From the NCBI GenBank assembly GCA_035325685.1, contig DAOKZJ010000001.1, positions 160 through 64,159 on the forward strand: a DNA stretch of 64,000 nt, written 5' to 3'. A program made the translations under genes and the position numbers. Shown here in pieces: positions 59,719 through 64,000 of this stretch; within the stretch, counting starts at the first letter, position 1, and the number at the start of each line of letters is the position of its first letter. This DNA is from Candidatus Moraniibacteriota bacterium. Lineage in GTDB: Bacteria > Patescibacteriota > Minisyncoccia > Moranbacterales > GWC2-37-73. The notes beneath the pieces were generated by a model, which searched no databases, was not told where the DNA came from, and worked only from the letters and a program-made list of their open reading frames with translations.

Positions 59719-60744
59719 TTATAAACCATATTTTCCCTTATTGGCAACATGCTCCTCAAATGTCCTTGAGAAAATGGTTTCTCCCGTCTCAGTGTCGCTC
59801 AAAAAGAAAAAATATTCGCTTTTTTGAGGATAAATAGCTGCAGCAATAGCTGAAATTCCCGGATTATTGATGGGTCCTGGAGGAAGGCCGAAGGCGCGAT
59901 AAGTGTTGTACGGAGAATCCGCTCCGGTTTCCGCCACGGAATGCTGCTTTTTGCGCTCTCCGCCCAAGGCATAGGCCAGCGTAGCGTCGCTTTCCAGCCT
60001 CATTCCCACCTGCAAGCGCTTCCAAAATATACCACTTACGATATATCTGTCCTCTTCGCGCGGCACTTCTCCTTCTATTACGCTGGCCATAACCAGAACG
60101 TCAAAAAACTTTTTTTCCTGCGCAGATATTTCCGCGATCATATCAGGACTCACCTTGCGTTCAAAATTGGCAAGCATTCTGGCTATCACCTCTTCGGCAG
60201 GACTTCCGTAAAGAAAAAGATACGTGTCCGGAAAAAGAAAACCTTCCAAGGAAGAACCTTCGGGAAGATTTTCCTTTACGAGCGGATAGTTGGCCAAAAG
60301 AGCAGCTGGGGGATTTTTTGCAATGCGTAAAAATTCTTCCCCTTCGAATCCGTTTTCCTCCAGACGTTTGGCCATATCCGCCATCGTCCAGCCTTCCGGA
60401 AAAGTAATTCTCACCTGCCTCTTGTCCCCACCCTCTTCTGTAAGCAAGAAAGCGACTTCGGGAATGGTAAGCAAAGGAGGAATATCATATTCTCCCGCCT
60501 TAAGTTCATGGAGTTTATTTTCTTTCCAAAGATAAGCTCCGAAATAAATCCAGTGAGAAATAAGCCCTTCAGCCTGAAGCGCCTTGCCGACCTCTAGTGC
60601 ATTTTTCCCGCGCTCCAAAACAAAATGAGTCTTTTCTGTCGCGTTTCCTTGCGAAAAAAGCATGCGGTTACGAACATAAAAATATCCCGTCCCCAAAAAA
60701 AGCACTGCGACCAGTGCGATGCTCACATTTCTACGCAATGTCAT
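59719..60744 (-). CDS. mltG: Endolytic transglycosylase MltG
   Basis: TFPEG, LEGFLFPDTY, ASVIEGE, SPYNTY...GLPPGPINNPG. Confidence 0.95.
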   Translation of the reverse strand: MTLRRNVSIALVAVLFLGTGYFYVRNRMLFSQGNATEKTHFVLERGKNALEVGKALQAEGLISHWIYFGAYLWKENKLHELKAGEYDIPPLLTIPEVAFLLTEEGGDKRQVRITFPEGWTMADMAKRLEENGFEGEEFLRIAKNPPAALLANYPLVKENLPEGSSLEGFLFPDTYLFLYGSPAEEVIARMLANFERKVSPDMIAEISAQEKKFFDVLVMASVIEGEVPREEDRYIVSGIFWKRLQVGMRLESDATLAYALGGERKKQHSVAETGADSPYNTYRAFGLPPGPINNPGISAIAAAIYPQKSEYFFFLSDTETGETIFSRTFEEHVANKGKYGL

Positions 60745-60821
60745 AAAATGTTTTTCTTTTTTCAGAAATTAAGCTTTTATTTCCCGACTCCCTTTTAAAA
60801 TGCCCTTAGGAGTACGGCCGC

Positions 60822-61442
60822 CTATCTTCGCTCCAGAAGCGGCACAAAGGAAAATCCTCCGAACTTCTCTTGCGCAAAAGAACCGTCTTCCTTTTTTTCC
60901 AAATAACAAATGTTGTTACGGATGGGAATTACCATTTTCCCCCCAATTTTAAGCTGCTCCTTGAGGGCCTGGGGGACTTTTTCTGCGGCGGCGGAAACCA
61001 AAATGCGATCATAAGGCGCATAAGGAGCATATCCCTTGCTGCCATCCAGGCAATGAAATGAGGCTACCCCGGCGGAAACAAAGCCGAATTTTTCCACATT
61101 GTGCTCTCCGCGCTGACATAATTGCGCTATTAATTCCAGCGAGGTGACCTGTCCGGTTTGTCCAACTATGTGCGCAAGTAATGCCGTGGTCCAACCACTG
61201 CCGCTACCCACATCCAAAACCTTGTTGCCTTTGCGGGGATCAAGCAATTCCATCATGAAAGCCACCGTGAGCGGTTGCGAGATGGTCTGGCCATGACCTA
61301 TAGGTAGCGGGATATCCATCTCTGCCGCGCCTATCAGATCATCGGGCACAAATTCTACTCGACTTATTTGCGCAAAAGCGTCTATTATCGGATCGCTTCT
61401 CAAATATCCCGTCCGGATAAGCTCATTGATTAGCCTGCTCAT
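60822..61442 (-). CDS. pcm: Protein-L-isoaspartate O-methyltransferase
   Basis: IGHGQTISQP, VLDVGSGSGW, APYDRILVSAA. Confidence 0.96.
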   Translation of the reverse strand: MSRLINELIRTGYLRSDPIIDAFAQISRVEFVPDDLIGAAEMDIPLPIGHGQTISQPLTVAFMMELLDPRKGNKVLDVGSGSGWTTALLAHIVGQTGQVTSLELIAQLCQRGEHNVEKFGFVSAGVASFHCLDGSKGYAPYAPYDRILVSAAAEKVPQALKEQLKIGGKMVIPIRNNICYLEKKEDGSFAQEKFGGFSFVPLLERR

Positions 61443-61454
61443 ATACCGCCTCCT

Positions 61455-61901
61455 TTAAGCCCCAATCACGCTGACCACTATGTCACGCGTCCTGGCTCCG
61501 TCAAATTCCACCGCAAAGATACTTTGCCTTTCGGTAAGCATAAGCATTCCGCTCGTCAAAGGGATTGTCTCGCTTGCGCCCAAAAGGAGCGATTTGCAAT
61601 GCGAATGGCCATTGCTGCGCGCATCCGATTTGCTGTCTCTCCTTAATTCAAAAAGGTCGTGAGAATAGCGATCATCCATGGGGACCAATTTATACAGCAC
61701 CCGCATAAAATCCTGGATGAGCATTGGCTCATTGTGATTGATGGAAACTGCCATGGTGGTATGCGGAGCGTAAACAGTAACTTGTCCTTCCCGGATTCCA
61801 CTTTTTTCCACTGCTTCCTGCACCCTGGCCGTAATATCCAAAAATTCGATCTGGGTAGTGCTTTTCACTTCGATCTTTTGGGTGTGTATTTTTATGTTCA
61901 T
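61455..61901 (-). CDS. yjbQ: YjbQ/UPF0047 family protein
   Basis: DIT..V, PHTT, NGHSH, EFDGARTR. Confidence 0.9.
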   Translation of the reverse strand: MNIKIHTQKIEVKSTTQIEFLDITARVQEAVEKSGIREGQVTVYAPHTTMAVSINHNEPMLIQDFMRVLYKLVPMDDRYSHDLFELRRDSKSDARSNGHSHCKSLLLGASETIPLTSGMLMLTERQSIFAVEFDGARTRDIVVSVIGA

Positions 61902-61993
61902 CTCAATTCCCCACGGATATACAATTTTTACAAAACCGCAAAAAGAGTTTGTCACTTTTGCAGTTTTGCATTCTTTGTAGTTTCGCAGGCTTA

Positions 61994-63124
61994 TTATTTT
62001 TTAAAAACTGCCGAAACCGCTTTCACGGCGCGCTTGTCCAGAGCGTCCGGTATTATTTTACCACGGCTGGGTCTTTTCACTAAAGCCGCCAAGGCAATCG
62101 CCGCCTTCAATTTGTGAGTATCCGTTATCTTGGCCGTACGACTATCCAAAGCTCCCCGAAATATCCCCGGAAAAGCCAATACGTTATTAAGCTGATTAGG
62201 ATAGTCGCTTCGTCCCGTAGCCACCACCGCTGCTCCGCCAGCAAGAGCTTCCTCCGGCATTATTTCCGGAACCGGATTGGAGAGGGCGAAGACGACAGCT
62301 CCTTTCGCCATCAGGCGTACCTCTTTTTCCCCGATAAGTTTCGGAGCGCTTACCCCAACAAACACATCCGCTCCTCGAAGCGCATCCGCCAAGGTCCCCT
62401 TGATATTGTCCGGATTGGTTATTGCCGCAATTTCCACTTTGTGATCACTTAACCCCTCCGCACGTTCGCGGTAAATAACTCCTTTGCTGTCCACCATTAC
62501 AATATTCTTCGCTCCGTAATTCATCAGGAGGTTCATGATTGCCACACCAGCCGCGCCGGCTCCAGAAATGACTATGCGGATTTTTCCCATTTCTTTACCC
62601 ACCACCCGGAGCGCATTGATAAGGCCGGCCAAAACGACGATCGCCGTACCGTGCTGGTCGTCATGCATAACCGGAATATCCAATTCCTCTTTGAGTCTTT
62701 TTTCTATTTCAAAACACCTGGGCGCGCTTATGTCTTCCAGATTAATCCCGCCGAAAGTGGGCGCCACGGATCGCACTATTTTGATTATCTCTTCCGTATC
62801 TTGCGTGCGCAAAACAAGAGGAAAAGCGTCCACCCCTCCCAGTTCCTTGAAAAGCAAAGCCTTCCCTTCCATGACCGGCAACGCTCCTTCCGGACCGATG
62901 TTGCCCAACCCCAAAACTGCGCTGCCATCGGAAACGACCGCTACGCTGTTACGCCGGATGGTGTATTCAAAAGACAATTCCCTTTTTTTAGCCACAGCCA
63001 AAGAAACTTCCGCCACACCGGGAGTATACAAAACCTTGAGCGTCTCAGCCGTTAATTTTTTCTTGGATCTCGTTTCTATCTTGCCGCCAAGCTTTTTGGA
63101 CAATTCTATAGCATTCATATTCAT
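61994..63124 (-). CDS. NAD(P)-dependent malic enzyme (short form)
   Basis: YTPGVA, PVMEGKA, INLEDI, HDDQHGTA, GAGAAG, TGRSDYPNQ. Confidence 0.95.
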   Translation of the reverse strand: MNMNAIELSKKLGGKIETRSKKKLTAETLKVLYTPGVAEVSLAVAKKRELSFEYTIRRNSVAVVSDGSAVLGLGNIGPEGALPVMEGKALLFKELGGVDAFPLVLRTQDTEEIIKIVRSVAPTFGGINLEDISAPRCFEIEKRLKEELDIPVMHDDQHGTAIVVLAGLINALRVVGKEMGKIRIVISGAGAAGVAIMNLLMNYGAKNIVMVDSKGVIYRERAEGLSDHKVEIAAITNPDNIKGTLADALRGADVFVGVSAPKLIGEKEVRLMAKGAVVFALSNPVPEIMPEEALAGGAAVVATGRSDYPNQLNNVLAFPGIFRGALDSRTAKITDTHKLKAAIALAALVKRPSRGKIIPDALDKRAVKAVSAVFKK

Positions 63125-63220
63125 TTACCGATGTTTGCGCTTTTGCAATTTGCCACCTGAAAGCAACCGCGCAAGCATCTCCCTGAAACCTTAGTCTATT
63201 CCCAGCTCATACGCCCCTGG

Positions 63221-64000
63221 TCACTTTTTGTTAATTTTAAGCTTCTTGTAAATACTTCCGGCTGCTACCGCACCTTCGGCTACCGCCGTTATGATTTGAC
63301 GGAATTTATTGGAACCCGTAGTTACGTCTCCGGCAGCCCACACCCCCGGCACGCTTGTTTCCTGTGTCTGATCTACGATTATGTATCCCTGCTCATCAGT
63401 TTCCACCCCCAACTCCTTGGCGATAGCCACTCCGGGAACAGTGCCCACCTCTATGAATACCCCTTGGACCGGAAGTTCTTTCTCTTGGGAATTTTCTTCA
63501 TACGTTATGGATGAAACGGCACCCTCCCCTTTAATCTCCTTTATATCCGTACAGCAAAGCATCTTGAGCTTGCTTTGCCCATTGGCTTCATCCACCCACG
63601 AAGGCTCGCAAGTTAGCTTTTCCCGGTAAAGCAAATACACCTTATTGGCGAACTCTCCCAGATGGATAGCGGCCGTAATCGCACTGTCTCCTCCGCCAAT
63701 AACAGCCACATCCTTGCCGCGAAAAAACATTGCGTCGCAAGTGGCGCAATAACTCACCCCTTTGCCCAAAAAAGCATCTTCTCCCTTGACATTCATCTTG
63801 CGGGGCTTCATTCCTAAGGCGAAAATAAGCGCCTTAGCCTCATGCACGGCACCGTCGGCATGCACCGCAAAACCTTCTTTTGTGCGCTCAACTTTGCGCA
63901 CACTTTCCTGCACAATCTTGCCTCCCAAATCCTCGGTCTGCTTGCGGAATTTGTCCATCAATTCCTTGCCGGAGATGGAATCGAAACCGGCGTAATTTTC
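63221..64000 (-). CDS. trxB: Thioredoxin reductase family flavoprotein (5' end outside the window)
   Basis: ENYAG, GVSYCATCD, VIGGGDSA, AAGD. Confidence 0.9.
   Translation of the reverse strand, partial: ENYAGFDSISGKELMDKFRKQTEDLGGKIVQESVRKVERTKEGFAVHADGAVHEAKALIFALGMKPRKMNVKGEDAFLGKGVSYCATCDAMFFRGKDVAVIGGGDSAITAAIHLGEFANKVYLLYREKLTCEPSWVDEANGQSKLKMLCCTDIKEIKGEGAVSSITYEENSQEKELPVQGVFIEVGTVPGVAIAKELGVETDEQGYIIVDQTQETSVPGVWAAGDVTTGSNKFRQIITAVAEGAVAAGSIYKKLKINKK

Overview
Chromosomal window of a small-genome bacterium. Gene content and architecture (short HrcA, AlaRS without C-Ala, TraG/VirB4-like ATPase with membrane partner, sigma4/HARE-HTH protein, mostly SD-less housekeeping genes) point to Patescibacteria/CPR, Parcubacteria-like (inference). 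Standard code 11 applies. Most genes lie on the minus strand: a heat-shock locus (hrcA-grpE-hsp20, dnaK, dnaJ, two CIRCE operators), translation genes (cysS, alaS, mnmA, pheST, trmD, rplU, hpf), dnaB-recR, secDF/secA, mur/ftsW, mreBCD-mrdA, mltG and the RNase P RNA. I found no integrase, transposase, reverse transcriptase, CRISPR array, tRNA or rRNA. The most unusual layer is structural. (1) About 15 orphan ORFs sit between core genes, typically with strong Shine-Dalgarno sites and often their own consensus promoter and terminator, and some are bracketed by hairpin-containing direct repeats (47 bp at 6062/6765; 26 bp at 15069/15446). (2) Two gene 3' ends are duplicated at near-identity: 100 bp of secA, and 96 bp shared by two otherwise divergent tandem surface-protein paralogs. 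(3) SecD carries an internal parvulin domain, alaS has an in-frame palindrome, and there are small Cys-rich ORF clusters. All calls are by eye, without database searches.
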